Of a stretch of 64,000 nucleotides of DNA, positions 48,963 to 63,705 are shown piece by piece (positions within the stretch are counted from its first letter, which is position 1; each line of letters begins with the position of its first letter). The translations under genes were made by a program, and so were the position numbers. The stretch covers positions 6,820,001 to 6,884,000 of the forward strand of contig NC_043025.1 in NCBI RefSeq assembly GCF_006345805.1, in the 5' to 3' direction. A model generated the notes under the pieces. It had not been told where the DNA came from. It saw only the letters and a program-made list of their open reading frames with translations, and did no database searches. This DNA is from Octopus sinensis. Lineage: Eukaryota.

Positions 48963-49054
48963 TGCAGCTGAAGATTGCTCTAAATTTTAAATTGATGGAA
49001 TGAAATGATTGCATTGTTCAATTTAATGGAGTCTCATGAAACGATCGTACTGTA
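48963..49054 (+). ncRNA. Degenerate hammerhead-like motif of the 12357 family
   Basis: tgcag-CTGAAGA...GAAAC-gatc-GTA-ctgta. Confidence 0.4.
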
Positions 49055-49213
49055 CTGCCTTTGGATATCCTTGTCGCTTATTTTGATTATAATCACCTTA
49101 TTTTAAATTATATACCATAACTAAATTCTGGTGCCTTTAACTTAAGAACCATATTCATCTGAATCTAAATTTTACTGAACTTATATATATATATATATAT
49201 GTCTCTATGTATA

Positions 49214-49439
49214 CATTCAGAGTTGGCCAAAATTCCATACATACTTAATATTCAATTTTATTTAGTCATTCCAATTATGAATCTTTAATAATTGAATGCT
49301 GTGAGTTAAAATCATGGTTCTTTTTCAACCATTTCTCTATTTATTAGCTAAGTCTCACATAAAAAAATTCTTTTGTTTTAATCTCGGAATTAAATGTTTT
49401 TTTTATTTACTGTCACGTGACTTTTGTCCAACCCTGTAT
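49214..49439. mobile_element. Tc1/mariner-like MITE relic
   Basis: cagagttggccaaaa ... ttttgtccaaccctgta form imperfect TIRs. Confidence 0.55.
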
Positions 49440-49775
49440 ATATATATATATATATATTCCTACCCATAACAGCATGGAAGACCGGATGTTGAATGATTAT
49501 GACGATGACGATATACACATACATATACACAGACATACACACACACATATATATATAACCATTCCATAGGGTGACAAACAGATACACAGACAGATTGACA
49601 GGCTAACAGACCCATTCTATATATATATAGATACAGACACACAGTGAGATGAATCATGGAAGCTATATGCATCGAAGATTGTCATAGTAACCATTTACAC
49701 CACAGATACAGGTCAGGTTTTGTGTGTATATATGTGTCTATGTGTGTGTATGTGTATATATATATATATATATAA

Positions 49776-49985
49776 TACCGGAGTAAACACATAAATGTGA
49801 AACAAGGTGGAAAAAAGAGTACTCAAATACCAGTGGTAGAGTAATATGCTTTATTTAAAGCAGCAGAAAATTCAACAAAACCTGTTACACTGAGTTTCCC
49901 GTTGAGAAACTGTCCGATGAACGGCAACGGGAAACTCAGAGTAACAGGTTTTGTTGAATTTTCTGCTGCTTTAAATAAAGTATAT
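49776..49985. mobile_element. Fold-back element of the 13048 family, with a hammerhead motif at 49910-49947 (+)
   Basis: Same left extension as 13048-13120; ctgt-CCGATGA-acggcaacgg-GAAAC-tcaga-GTA-acag, with one stem II mismatch. Confidence 0.75.
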
Positions 49986-51028
49986 ATATGTATATATACA
50001 CATACATAATATAAATAATATATAAATATATGCATATATACATATATATATATGTACATACCTACATATATATATATGTACATACCTACATATATATATA
50101 TATGTACATACCTACATATATATATATATGTACATACCTATATATAGATATACATGTATATATGGGTACAGGACATAAAAAAAAACGTTGAACACAATGA
50201 GAAACGAAAACATAAAAGCAAAAACATAGAAAACAAACTTTTTTTCGAACAACGAAAAAAAACGTTTCGAAGGCAAGGACAAGACGCGATTTCGTTGACA
50301 CACTCCTTCCCGCAAAGCAAATTAAGTAAAGTCTGGGATTTTTTGCGGAGGGCGAAAGTGGTAGCAAGAACAGGGCAGTGAGCTCCTGTTGCGTTTGTAT
50401 GAGACCGATAGAATTCATTGAGAGATTTCCTACAGTCTGATGCCTTTCCGTCACTGACCATCACCTGTGTCCAAGCAAGGTCATATCGTTCCATGGCCAG
50501 ACAAGTTTTCCTGGAAGATTGGAAATGAAGGACACTGCATGTATGATGGTGAAACTTATTTACAATCAAGTAATGCCAAAACAAGGAGACACAAATGCAT
50601 GCGCACACATTCATATAACTACATGTGTACATGTAGGAGAAGCTTCTTTCAGTTCCAATTATTGAAATCCACTCCCAAGACTTTGGTTGGCCAGAGGCTG
50701 AGACAGAAGATACTTGCCCAAGATGTCTCACTGTAGGACTGAACCCAGAGCTATGTGGTGAGGAAGTAACGAATGGATGGAGGAGTAGATAGACAGACAG
50801 ACAGAGAGAGAGAGACAGACAGATAGAGATAGATAGAGATAGGTAGATAGAAAGATGGATAGATAGATAGACAGATAGATGATAGATAGATAGATAGAAA
50901 GATAGAGAGACAGATAGATAGAGATAGGTAGATAGAAAGATGGATAGATAGATAGACAGATAGATAGAGAGATAGATAGATAGAGAGAGAGAGAGAGACA
51001 TAGATAGAGATAGGTAGATAGAAAGATG

Positions 51029-51066
<38 letters not shown>

Positions 51067-51468
51067 TAGAGAGAAAGAGTTAGATATAGACAGAGAGACA
51101 AACAGACAGACATAGATAGATGTAGTGTATGAAAGAGAGAGAGGGAGAGGACAAGGCAGACTATATGTACATGAGAAAATACAGTGTGTGTGTGTATGTA
51201 TGTGTATATATATACACACACACACACACATACTATATATATATATATACATACATATATATATATATATACATACATATATATATATATATACATATGC
51301 CGACACCCCCTTTCAGCCCCTCAGGTCACATACCAATTAACATACCTTTTTATATAAGAATAGTCCTTTAAGGAATAATTAGACCATTATAGAAGTACGG
51401 TTTCTGCATGTGTGCTCCCACATATATATATAGCTGTCTTTGTCCACAGACACACACACAAACACATC

Positions 51469-51510
<42 letters not shown>

Positions 51511-51850
51511 CATACTCACCTGTCTACATTTATTTATGTAAGTGTCTTACATTAAAATGCAAATACGTACATAAGGTGTGTGCATTCCCATAACAACAAT
51601 AACATGTGTATATGTGATCTCACACATACATGATCATTTATTCATGTGTGCGCGAATATATGCATATAGATCGACGGACGGACGGACGGACGGATGGATG
51701 GATGGAGATAAAGAAAAAGGATAGATAAACAGGTAGATAAATAGATGGATGGATGGATGGATGGCAGATAGATCGATATATAGATGGGCGGACGGATGGA
51801 CAGATAGATAGATCGATAGATAGATGGATGGATGGAGGGATAGATAGAAT

Positions 51851-51924
<74 letters not shown>

Positions 51925-52000
51925 CGGATAGACAGACAGAGAGATAGATGGAGGGATAGATAGATAGATGGCTAGATAGATAGATAGATAGATAGATGGC

Positions 52001-52032
<32 letters not shown>

Positions 52033-52314
52033 AAGCCAATTATTAATAAAAAAACATTCTCATATTGTGAGTTCTATTTTCTTGCCTGTATTATCTATCA
52101 AATATATATATATAAATATATATATATCTAAAAGAGTGCTTTTTCTCCCTCTCATACATATATATATATATATATACATACATATATGTATGTATGTATA
52201 TACATATATAATTACTTTTTCATATACTTCTACTTCCATGCAATATACACATAAACGCATATGCATGTAAATTATATGCCTGCATGTGTGTATATATATA
52301 TACGCGTAAGTGTG

Positions 52315-52392
<78 letters not shown>

Positions 52393-52402
52393 TATATATA
52401 GA

Positions 52403-52443
<41 letters not shown>

Positions 52444-52780
52444 GGATCTTTTCCCCTTGAACAGCAGATCGGGAAATTAATTTTTGTCACTAAACACTTT
52501 CAAACTTTGGACACTGGTAGAATGTGTCGTATAAAACATCTTTTACTCTTAGTGTTGTTGAGAAAAGTTTCTATTTTATTCAGCTGAATACATGTCATTG
52601 ATTGGTCGAAATTACCAAAATACAACAACTTTAACATGAAATAACTTTGAAAGTATAAACTTTCCTCAAAAATGCTACGAGTAAAAGATGTTTTATATGA
52701 CACATTCTACCATCGTCCGAAGTTTGAAAGTGTTTAGCTACAAAAAATTAATTTCTCAATCAGCCATTCAAAGGGTAAAG
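52444..52780. mobile_element. Long-TIR MITE starting GGATCTTTT, related to 22936-23354
   Basis: About 125-bp imperfect inverted arms; shares tggtagaatgtgt..tataaaacatctttt with the 22936 element. Confidence 0.72.
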
Positions 52781-52813
<33 letters not shown>

Positions 52814-52819
52814 ATATAT

Positions 52820-53225
52820 ATACTCTTTTACTTGTTTCAGTCATTTGACTGCAGCCATGCTGGAGCACGCCTTTATCGAGCAACTCGACCCAGGGACCTA
52901 TTCTTTTGTAAGCCCAGTACTTATTCTATCGGTCTCTTTTGCCGAACCGCTAAGTAACGGGGACATAAACACACCAGCATCGGTTGTCAAGCAATGCTAG
53001 GGGGACAAACACAGACACACAAACCCACACACACACACACATATATATATACATATATACGACAGGCTTCTTTCAGTTTCCGTCTACCAAATCCACTCAC
53101 AAGGCATTGGTCGGCCCGGGGCTATAGCAGAAGACACTTGCCCAAGGTGCCACGCAGTGGGACTGAACCCGGAACCATGTGGTTGGTTAGCAAGCTACTT
53201 ACCACACAGCCACTCCTGCGCCTAT
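52820..53225 (-). mobile_element. CORE-like tRNA SINE
   Basis: Family match; more copies at 55240-55630, 57580-57975 and 58350-58920. Confidence 0.85.
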
Positions 53226-53484
53226 AAAGCACTATCCGAATGTGGCCGATACCAGTACACACTTACTGGCTCCTGTGCTAGTGGCACATAAAAAGCACCC
53301 ACTACACTCTCACAGTGGTTGCTGTTAGGAAGGGCATCAAGTTGTAGAAACATTGCCAGAGCATATTGGAGCCTGGTGCAGTGCTGGCTCTCCAGTCCTC
53401 AGTCAAACCATCCAACCCATGCCAGCATGGAGAACAGACGTTAAACAATGATGATGATATATACACGTGTGTGTATGCATATGA

Positions 53485-53822
53485 GGAGACCCTCTTCGGT
53501 CATGACTGACCATGGGATTGCACCTAAAAAGTTACCCTCCCAGGCATAAGTCCGGGCAAGGTTGTTTTATGGAAGACCAGCAGTCGCCCATGCATACCAG
53601 CATCCCCTCTCCACGCCACTGATGCTATCCAAGGGAAAGGAAAAGGGGCCGATACAGCTTGGCACCGGTGACGTCGCAACTCATTTCTACAGCTGAGTGA
53701 ACTGGAGCAACGTGAAATAAAGAGTCTTGCTCAAGAACGCAACATGCAGCCTGGTCCGGGAATCGAACGCACAACCTCACAATCGTAAGCTCGACGCTCT
53801 AACCACTGAACCATGTGCCTTC
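53485..53822 (-). mobile_element. tRNA SINE (head A, tail Y)
   Basis: Homologous to 35925-36262. Confidence 0.8.
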
Positions 53823-53841
53823 ATGTATGCATATACATATA

Positions 53842-53883
<42 letters not shown>

Positions 53884-53917
53884 GATATATAATGTGTTTG
53901 TATATATGTGTACATAT

Positions 53918-53955
<38 letters not shown>

Positions 53956-54006
53956 CATGTGTATATATATATATGTATATATATATATATAATATATATA
54001 TATATA

Positions 54007-54051
<45 letters not shown>

Positions 54052-56443
54052 AAATACCAATGCCTAAAACTCTCAATCTTTGATTCTGCCAATTATTAAT
54101 AAAAAAATATATATATTCTCATATTGTTAGTTCTATTTTCTTGCCTGTATTATCTATCAAATATATATATATACATGTGTATATATATATATATATGTAT
54201 GTATATACACATATATGTATATATATATATGTATGTATATACATATATATTTATATACATACATTTATATACATATATATTTATATACATACATTTATAT
54301 ACATATATATTTATATACATACATTTATATACATATATATATATATATATGTGTGTGTGTGTATATACATATATATTTATATGCATACATGTATACACAT
54401 CACACACTATACAGATGTTAATGAAATATCTATATAGGGGCCATACCAGTTAATTAGTGATGAGGTGAGGTATTTATGGACCTCCGCAATTGGAGGAAGA
54501 ACCGGAAAAAAATAATATCTAAGTTCCACAAATCTCTCTCTCTCTCTCTTTCTCTCTCTCTGCATCATACATATAGACACATATATACACACTCACACAC
54601 ATATACACACACATACATATAAAGACACACAAATGCATATATATATACATATACACACAGGTATATATATATATATATATACACACACATATATATACAT
54701 ATATATACACACACACATATATATACATATATATACACACACACATATATATACATATATATACACACACACATATATATACATATACACAAACATACAT
54801 ACACACATATATATATATACATACACACATACATACATACACACATACATACACACACAGGTATATATACACACACATATATATATATACACACACATGT
54901 ATATACATACACACATGCATATACATATACACACAGGTATATATACACATGCATATACATACACACATACATACACACACATATATACATATATATACAC
55001 ACACACATATATACATATATACACACATACATATACATACATACACACATACATATACATACATACATACATACACACACGCGGAAGAGTTCTACATGGT
55101 TGGTCTTTAGAACTGCTAGAAATAGCAAGCAAATCTCACTCAAATCACATCCTACTGTTAAAAGCCAATGAGGGAGACCTCTATACAGTAGCCAGCTGCC
55201 TTAGAAAAACATACATGTGTATACATATATATATATATACTCTTTTACTTGTTTCAGTCATTTGACTGCGGCCATGCTGGAGCACCGCCTTTAATCGAGC
55301 AAATCGACCCCGGGACTTATTCTTTGTTAGCCCAGTACTTATTCTATCGCTCTCTTTTGCCGAACCGCTAAGTAACGGGGACATAAACACACCACCATCG
55401 GTTGTCAAGCAATGCTAGGGGGACAAACACACACAAACACACACATATATATATATATATATACATATATACGACAGGCTTCTTTCAGTTTCCGTCTACC
55501 AAATCCACTCACAAGGCTTTGGTCAGCCCGAGGCTATAGTAGAAGACATTTGCCCAAGGTGCCATGCAGTGGGACTGAACCCGGAACCATGTGGTTGGTA
55601 AACAAGCTACTTACCACACAGCCACTCCTGTGCCTTGTATACGCAGAAACATATACAAACATATCCACACTCACGCATACACACACATGGACATATGTAA
55701 TAGGAGAAAGGCCACACATGAAGATATCAAGTTATTTAGACACAGGGGCTGGTTTGAATATCTGAAAGCTAAGGGGTCACTGCAAAAGACGTATAGTAAG
55801 GGCCACAAAATATACACACATTTAGGATTTCTCAGTTTTTTGTGGATCAATTTTGATAGAACTTTTCTCAGCTGGTTTTCACTCTATGGCAGCACCATTG
55901 TTATGTTTCCATTATTCTGTGTAACCTCCTTTCCTTTTTATTTCAGATTCTTCAGTTTTGGGGTGGACCATACTAATAATTATTTCTTTACTACCCACAA
56001 GGGGCTAAACACAGAGGGGACAAACAAGGACAGACAAACGGATTAAGTCGGTTACATCAACCCCAGTGCGTAACTGGCACTTAATTTATCGACCCCGAAA
56101 GGATGAAAGGCAAAGTCGACCTCGGCGGAATTTGAACTCAGAACATAAAGACAGACGAAATACTGCTAAGCATTTCACCCGGTGTGCTAAAGCTTCTGCC
56201 AGCTCACCCTTTAAATATTCCTTTCCATTCTAGGCACAAGGCCTGAAATATTTGGGAAGAGGGCCAGTTGATTAGATCGACTCCAGTATGCAACTGGTAC
56301 TTAATTTATCGACCCCGAAAAGATGAAAGGGAAAGTCGACCTCGGCGGAATTTGAACTCAGAACGTAATGCCAGACGAAATACGGCTACGCATTTCGTCC
56401 GGCGTGCTAACATTTCTGCCAGCTCACCACCTTAATACTAATA

Positions 56444-57570
56444 GTGTCTCTCCTTTCCAAGAACAACAGGACATGGTTAAGGCCTTAATGATGAAATCTG
56501 CTATCATCAAGGAAAGTGCTAAAGGCACCTCTCTTCATGTCACTGCAGAGAAGTTGGGTCATCATGTGGACGCTGTTAGACAATTCCTGAAGGACCCTTC
56601 ACCAAGAAAGAAATTATCTGAGTGTGGGACCTCCAAGACTGTGACAGCTATGGATTTAAGGAATATTGGTCACAAGTTATGTGGGAAACCTGGTCAAACA
56701 AGCAAAGCCATTTTCACCACTTCCAGACTCCCTCGTGTATCAAAGACCACCAGAAATAACATCCTCAGGACCATGGCTTCCATGCGAGAGCCCCTGAAAC
56801 TGCCTCCTTTAATACTTCGTCACAGGTGTTTAAGACTTCAATGGGTCCAAAAGTACATGATGTTAGACATGAGTTGTGTTCTGTTCACTGACAAAACCAG
56901 GGCGACCCTTGACAGACCCAACGGCTGGGCAAATGGTTGAGTCTGTTTTGGAGATGAGTATCACCAACATTTACGACGTCAACAACAGGGTGGAAGAGCC
57001 ATGTGGGAATGGTATCATTGGGGACAGACTTGTTGACCCAGTAGGGGGGCCCCAAAGGGGTTAAAATGACCGCAGCTGCCTACTGCAATTTCCTTGAAGG
57101 AGGACTTGGATCCCTGGCTAGGTGAAATACTGCTGTAACTTCTAAGGAATCTCATTATTATTATTCAGGTTACTGCTTGGAATCGAACTCAGAATCTTGG
57201 GGTTAGTAGCCCACACTCTTAACCACTACGCCATATGCCCGTGGGCAAAGGAATCTCATATTAGTGCATGAAACTCTCTTCCTCCCACTCTGCTAGGGCC
57301 AACCAAATCATTCCTATGGTTTCACAGCATACAAAGTGAAAGGTTGACCACCAGCATCTCCGGATCTCAACCCTATCGAAAATCTTCAGTCCATCATTAA
57401 ACAAGATGTTTAACCGATGGATGCTAATTTACATCGAAAGATGTCTTATGGATGACCATCAAAGCTGCAGCAGAGGCAGTCCAACCTGTTACTATTAAGA
57501 AATTAACAGATTCCATGACTAATGGGTTTTTGAAGTTATCCATCGAAATGGCGCTCACGTGGCTAAATAA
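56444..57570 (+). pseudogene. Tc1 (DD34E-type) transposase pseudogene
   Basis: LQWVQKY..VLFTDKTRATLDRPNGW, GIIGDRLV and PASPDLNPIENL motifs, with stops, frameshifts and an insertion. Confidence 0.88.
57156..57247 (-). mobile_element. Short tRNA-like retrocopy with (AAT)n tail and 12-bp TSD
   Basis: tggcgtagtggttaagag...gagttcgattcc followed by aataataataat; TSD aaggaatctcat at 57144-57155 and 57248-57259. Confidence 0.75.
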
Positions 57571-59299
57571 TTCATTATACTCTTTTACTCTTTTACTTGT
57601 TTCTGTAATCGAACTGCGGCCATGCTGGAGCACCGCCTTTAATCGAGCAACTCGACCCTGGGACTTATTCTTTTGTAAGCCCAGTACTTATTCTATCGGT
57701 CTCTTTTGCTGAACTGCCAAGTAACGGGGACATAAACACACCAGCATCGGTTGTCAAGCAATGCTAGGAGGACAAACACATATACACACATATATATGTA
57801 TATACATATATACGACGGGCTTCTTTCAGTTTCCTTCTACGAAATCCACTCACAAGGCTTTGGTCGGCCCGAGGCTATAGCAGAAGACACTTGCCCAAGG
57901 TGCCACGCAGTGGGACTGAACCCGGAACCACGTGGTTGGTAAGCAAGCTACTTACCACACAGCCACTCCTACGCCTATGTCAATAAATGTTATAATATTA
58001 TTATGGTTTTTCTGTTAAATATATACTCAATGTATATATTACCCTTTGTTTTCTGCAAAAAGAAAAAAATGTCTAGATGGGCTGTTTTCATTCAAAAGCT
58101 ATTAGAATGGTTCACCCAAAAACTGAAGTATCTGAAATAAAAAGGGAAGGACGTTATACAGAATAATGGAAACATAAAAAATGTTGTTGCCATAGTGTGC
58201 AAACCAACCGGGAAAAGCTTTATTAAATTCGATTCACAGAAAACCGAGAAAGCCTAGATTTCACTCCTAAGCTATTAGCATATATATAAGCTATTAGGGT
58301 GTATATATACATATAAACATACATATACGTATATACATATATAAACATTTACTCTTTTACTTGTTTCAGTTATTTGACTGCGGCCATGCTGGAGCACCGC
58401 CTTTTATCGAGCAACTCGACCCCGGGACTTATTCTTTTGTAAGCCCAGTCCTTATTCTATCGGCCTCTTTTGCCGAACCGCTAAGTAACGAGGACATAAA
58501 CACACCAGCATCGGTTGTCAAGCAATGCTAGGGGGGGCAAACACAAATACACAAGCACACACACGCATCTATATATATACATATATACGATGGGCTTCTT
58601 TCAGTTTCCTTCTACCAAATCCACTCACAAGGCATTGGTCGGCCCGAGGCTATAGCAGAAGACACTTGCCCAAGGTGCCACGCAGTGGGACTGAACCCGG
58701 AACCATGTGGTTGGTAAACAAGCTACTTACCACACAGCCACTCCTGCGCCTGTATATGTATACATGACAGGCTTCTTTCAGTTTCTGTTTAACAAATCCA
58801 TTTACAAGGCTTTGGTCAACCAGAAGCTTTAATAGAAGGCACTTGCCCAAGGCGCCATGCAGTGGGACTGAACCTGGAACCATGTGGTTTGGAAGCAAGC
58901 GTCTTACCACACAGCCACGCCTTATCACCATCGTCATTGCCGACACCACCATGACAGTCATCACCTCTGCTCCACCACTATTCTCTCCCGATCAACAGCA
59001 TCATCATCATCATAACCACCAGCACCACCACCACCAATATCACCACCACTACAGCCACCCTCCCATCGTCATCTCCAAAGCTGGTCCCGCCACGACCAAC
59101 ACCCCCAACCCAATCTTAGACCCACCCCTCCACCTTCCCCTGGTCACCGCTAATGGTTGATCAAACAAAAGGCAGGCCTCGTATAATTACTGACATCACT
59201 AAAAACAATTACACTAATTGACTCACACACATATGCATATACAGATACACACATGCATATACACATATACATACATGCATACGCACACATACACACACG

Positions 59300-59340
<41 letters not shown>

Positions 59341-60129
59341 CCATATACACATACTCATACATGCATATGCATATACACACATGCACATGCAAAGAAATAC
59401 ATACACACTCATACATGCACACACACACACATTCATGCACACACACACACACACATTCATGCACACACACACACACACATACACATGCCAAAACACAAAC
59501 AGGCACATATACATGTACATACATATACGCATATGCATTACACTCATACATATGCACACATACATGCATACACACATGCACACACGCATACAGACACATA
59601 CATGTGCATACACACACATACACATGCACACATGCATACACACACATGCATACACACATATACACATACATGTAAACACACATGCATACACACGTTCATA
59701 CACACATACACATGCACACACACACACACACACACAAATAATACTATTACAGTTACCACTACTATCACCAATACAGCTATTACTACCACTACTGCTGCTA
59801 CCACTATCACAAGAACCACTACAACTACTACCAGTATTACTATTATTACAACCACCACTACTACCACCAATATTACTACTACCAGTCACAGTAACACTAG
59901 TACTACTAACATTGTCATGACCACAGTTGTACTATTGCCCCAGCAGCAACAACCACCACTACCACAACAACTACCTGAACCACCACCACTACCACTTATA
60001 CTAATATTACTGCTGTCGTTAATACTACCACCAGAGCTACAATAATGACAATACTATCACCACTACTCATACTAGAGCAAACACCCAAATTCGGAGTTGT
60101 CATATATTGTATGCGTACAGCACATTGAT

Positions 60130-60420
60130 GGCACTGCAATGAAAATCTTCCTGATTAAGCGTGAGTTCCCACACCTGCCTGGTCACTCTTGTCCAGCCAG
60201 CTTTTGGTATTGTCCATCCATTGCATTCTTTGCCTGCCCCTTGGTCAGCTGCCCTCAACTCTTCCTTCCACGGTGATGCTTTTCAGACCCTTGCGCTTCA
60301 AAGACAAACTAAAAGACAATACAACATCCCCTTTCCTTCCTGGGAAAACAAAGCGTCAGGGCACGGGACGCGGCGCCAGTCCTGCTTCTTCTCAATTCAA
60401 AGATTTGAGCAAAATTTACT
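60130..60420 (-). pseudogene. Degenerate RTE ORF C-terminal fragment, copy A
   Basis: LKRKGLKSITVEGRVEGS*PRGRQRMQWMDNTKSWL. Confidence 0.7.
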
Positions 60421-60469
60421 CCAACACCAGGACCAACTTCACGCAAGCATAAAAGCATGTTCTTTATGT

Positions 60470-60812
60470 TCTGGGTTCAAATTCTGCTGAGGTCGACTTT
60501 GCCTATAATCCTTTCGGAGTCGATAAATTAAGTACCAGTTACACACTGGGGTTGATATAATCGACTTAATCCGTTTGTCTGTCCTTGTTTGTCCCCTCTA
60601 TGTTTAGCCCCTTGTGGGTAGTAAAGAAATAGGTATTTCGTCTGTCGTTACGTTCTGAGTTCAAATTCTGCTGAGGTCGACTTTGCCTTTCATCCTTTCA
60701 GGGTCAATAAATTAAGTACCAGTTATGCACTGGGGTTGATATAATCGATTTAATCCATTTATCTGTCCTTGTTTGTCCCCTCTGTGTGTAGTCCCTTGTG
60801 GGCAGTAAAGTA
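60470..60812 (+). mobile_element. Head-to-tail dimer of the Nin/Deu-like SINE
   Basis: Junction gaaataggta|tttcgtctg at about 60635. Confidence 0.82.
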
Positions 60813-60879
60813 ATAAGACTCCATTATATCATCATTATTATCATTATGTATTGTATTCCTACAAGTCAATGATGACCCT

Positions 60880-61160
60880 ACAAAGAAAAGCTTCCCAGTT
60901 AAGCGTGAGTTCCCCAGCTGCCTTGCTACTCTTCTTCAACCAGCTTTTGATACTGTCCATCCGTTGCATCTCTTGCCTACCCATTGGACTGCTGCTCTTG
61001 ACTCTTCCTTCAATGATAATGCTTTCCAGACTCTTGCGCTTCAAAGACAAACTAAAAGGCAATCTGAAGTGATGGGAAAACAAAGCATCAGGATGGAGGA
61101 TGTGGCGCCAGCCCTGCTTCTCCTCACTTCAAAGATTTGAGCAGAGTCAACTCCAGCATC
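60880..61160 (-). pseudogene. Degenerate RTE ORF C-terminal fragment, copy B
   Basis: LKRKSLESIIIEGRVKSSSPMGRQEMQRMDSIKSWL; homologous to copy A. Confidence 0.7.
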
Positions 61161-61162
61161 GA

Positions 61163-61572
61163 TACCTATTTCATTATTACCCACAAGGGACTTAACACAG
61201 AGGGGACAAACAAGGACAGACAAACGGATTAAGTCGATTACATCGACCGCAGTGCGTAACTGGTACTTAATTTATCGACCCCGAAAGGATGACAGGCAAA
61301 GTCAACTTCGGCGGAATTTGAACTCAGAACATAACAGCAGACAAAATACCTATTTCTTTATTACCCACAAGGGGCTAAACATAGAAGGGACAAACAAGGA
61401 CAGACAAACGGATTAAACCGATTACATCGACCCCCAGTGCATAACTGGTACTTAATTTATCGACCCCGAAAGGATGACAGGCAAAGTCGACCTCGGCGGA
61501 ATTTGAACTCAGAACGTAACGGCAGACGAAATACCGCTAAGCATTTCGCCCGGCGTGCTAACGATTCTGCCA
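61163..61572 (-). mobile_element. Head-to-tail dimer of the Nin/Deu-like SINE
   Basis: Same junction type at about 61345 (reverse complement). Confidence 0.82.
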
Positions 61573-63352
61573 GCTTGCCAACGCTACCACAACCACTATA
61601 CTAACAAGACCACTGCTTGCACTACGTCAATGCTACCACACCATGACTTCTACCAACACCACTCACACTATACCACTTCCACCAATACTATATCAATATA
61701 GTTTGACACAACCCATGCTAGCATGGAAAACAGATGCTAAACGATGATGATGATGACAACACTGCAGCACCAACACTATCATTGACCTTACTACTCTAAA
61801 TATCTAACCTATACCAACCCCACCACAATGTCACATTAAAATAGACCACAACAATGTTACCACCACTACCACCACAATCACACCACTACATAGTATGATC
61901 ACCACACTGGCAATACCACCACCAATACTACAATACTGCCAAGACCATGCCACCACATCTACATTGCATCACCACTACCACCACAACAACATTGCCAGTA
62001 CCACACCACCACCTATACATCACATCACCACCACCATCGCTACAACATTGCCAACAGTACGCCACCACCTATACATCACATCTACATTGCACCACTACCA
62101 CCACCATGCACACCACTGTACGATACCATCACGTCCCCACCCCACACCACACCACCATTACAACATCCTTATCACTAACTAAACATCTTTTGTTACAGAA
62201 GGACAAAGTAGAGGCTATTATTAGAAGGTCTGAGATTGTTGCTGTATGCACACACAGACACAAACACATATACGAAGCATGGAGACATACACGAACACCG
62301 ATGTCTGAGATAAATACATACGCAGACACGTACATGCACACACAAACATATACAGACATACTGGGCATATGTGCACATACACTCACTGATGCATTACAGA
62401 CATGTATACACAGGCTAATGCAGAAGACAAAGGCATGTACATGCATGCACACACACTCTGATACAGAAGACACACACACATATACACACACACACATACA
62501 GACTTGTATACACACACTCAGTGTGATACAATGATATTGCTGACAGCATGGGTTGTATGGTGAGTGTATATACAGGGGGAGTATTGGTGGTAAGGTATAT
62601 TTAAGTATGTGTATATACTTTAATGCATTGGTGTATACACATTTCTTTCATTATACATATATATACATATAAATACATGCATATATACATACAAACATAC
62701 ATATATATGCACACACACACATATATATATATATACATACACACATACATTTATATGAACACACACACATATAAACACACACACACACACACATATATAT
62801 ATACACATACACACATACATATATATGCAAACACATATATACACACACATACATATATACACATACACACATACATATATATGCAGACACATATATACAC
62901 ACACATACATATATACACATACACACATACATATATATGCAGGCACATATATACACACACATACATATATACACATACACACATACATATATATGCAGAC
63001 ACATATATACACACACACACACACACATACATCTATATGCAGACACATATTTACACACACACACACACACACACATACACATACATACATACATGCACAC
63101 ACACACGTTATATATCTACATATGCTAGTGCAACATATCTATATTATATATCTGGTGCATACAACATACAAAGAAATATGGATAGATAGATAGGGAGATA
63201 TATGTCTGTGTACATTGTAGGTGTGCATATATATATATATATATTTATACACACACACACACATATGCAAGTGGGCGTACCTGCTATTCTATCTATGCAC
63301 ATCAGTCTGTATGTAACACAGCCCAGGATACCAAGAGTAAATACAAATACAA

Positions 63353-63462
<110 letters not shown>

Positions 63463-63705
63463 ATATATATATATGTGTGTGTGTATATATGTATATATAT
63501 ATGAAACAGTCCCTGGAAGAACAACACGGCTTCTCATTCAAATCAAACTGAAACAAGATTCTCTACAGATGTAAAACAGTGTGGTGCCAACGTCACCTGG
63601 TGGTAGTAGTAGTGGTGGTGATGGTGGTAGTAGTAGTAGTGGTGGTGGTGGTGGTGGTAGTAGTGGTGGTGGTGGTGGTGGTGGTAGTAGTAGGCAGTGT
63701 GCTGG

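Larger units (their letters stand above)
55820..58305 (+). mobile_element. Degenerate Tc1-like transposon with long inverted repeats and nested SINEs
   Basis: About 160-bp inverted similarity between 55820-55978 and 58100-58260; ends ...gggtgtata. Confidence 0.7.

Noticed and set aside
51300-51560. Strong minus-strand donor motifs (ag|gtgagt at about 51518, ag|gtatgt at about 51345)
   Set aside because: No open coding exon or credible acceptor upstream; cannot be supported without RNA data.
56368-56940. 190-aa ORF as an intact gene
   Set aside because: Starts within a SINE and is the N-terminal part of a disrupted Tc1 transposase.
59740-60060. Thr-rich mucin-like exon (also 61580-62170)
   Set aside because: Degenerate (ACT/ACC)n microsatellite without splice sites.
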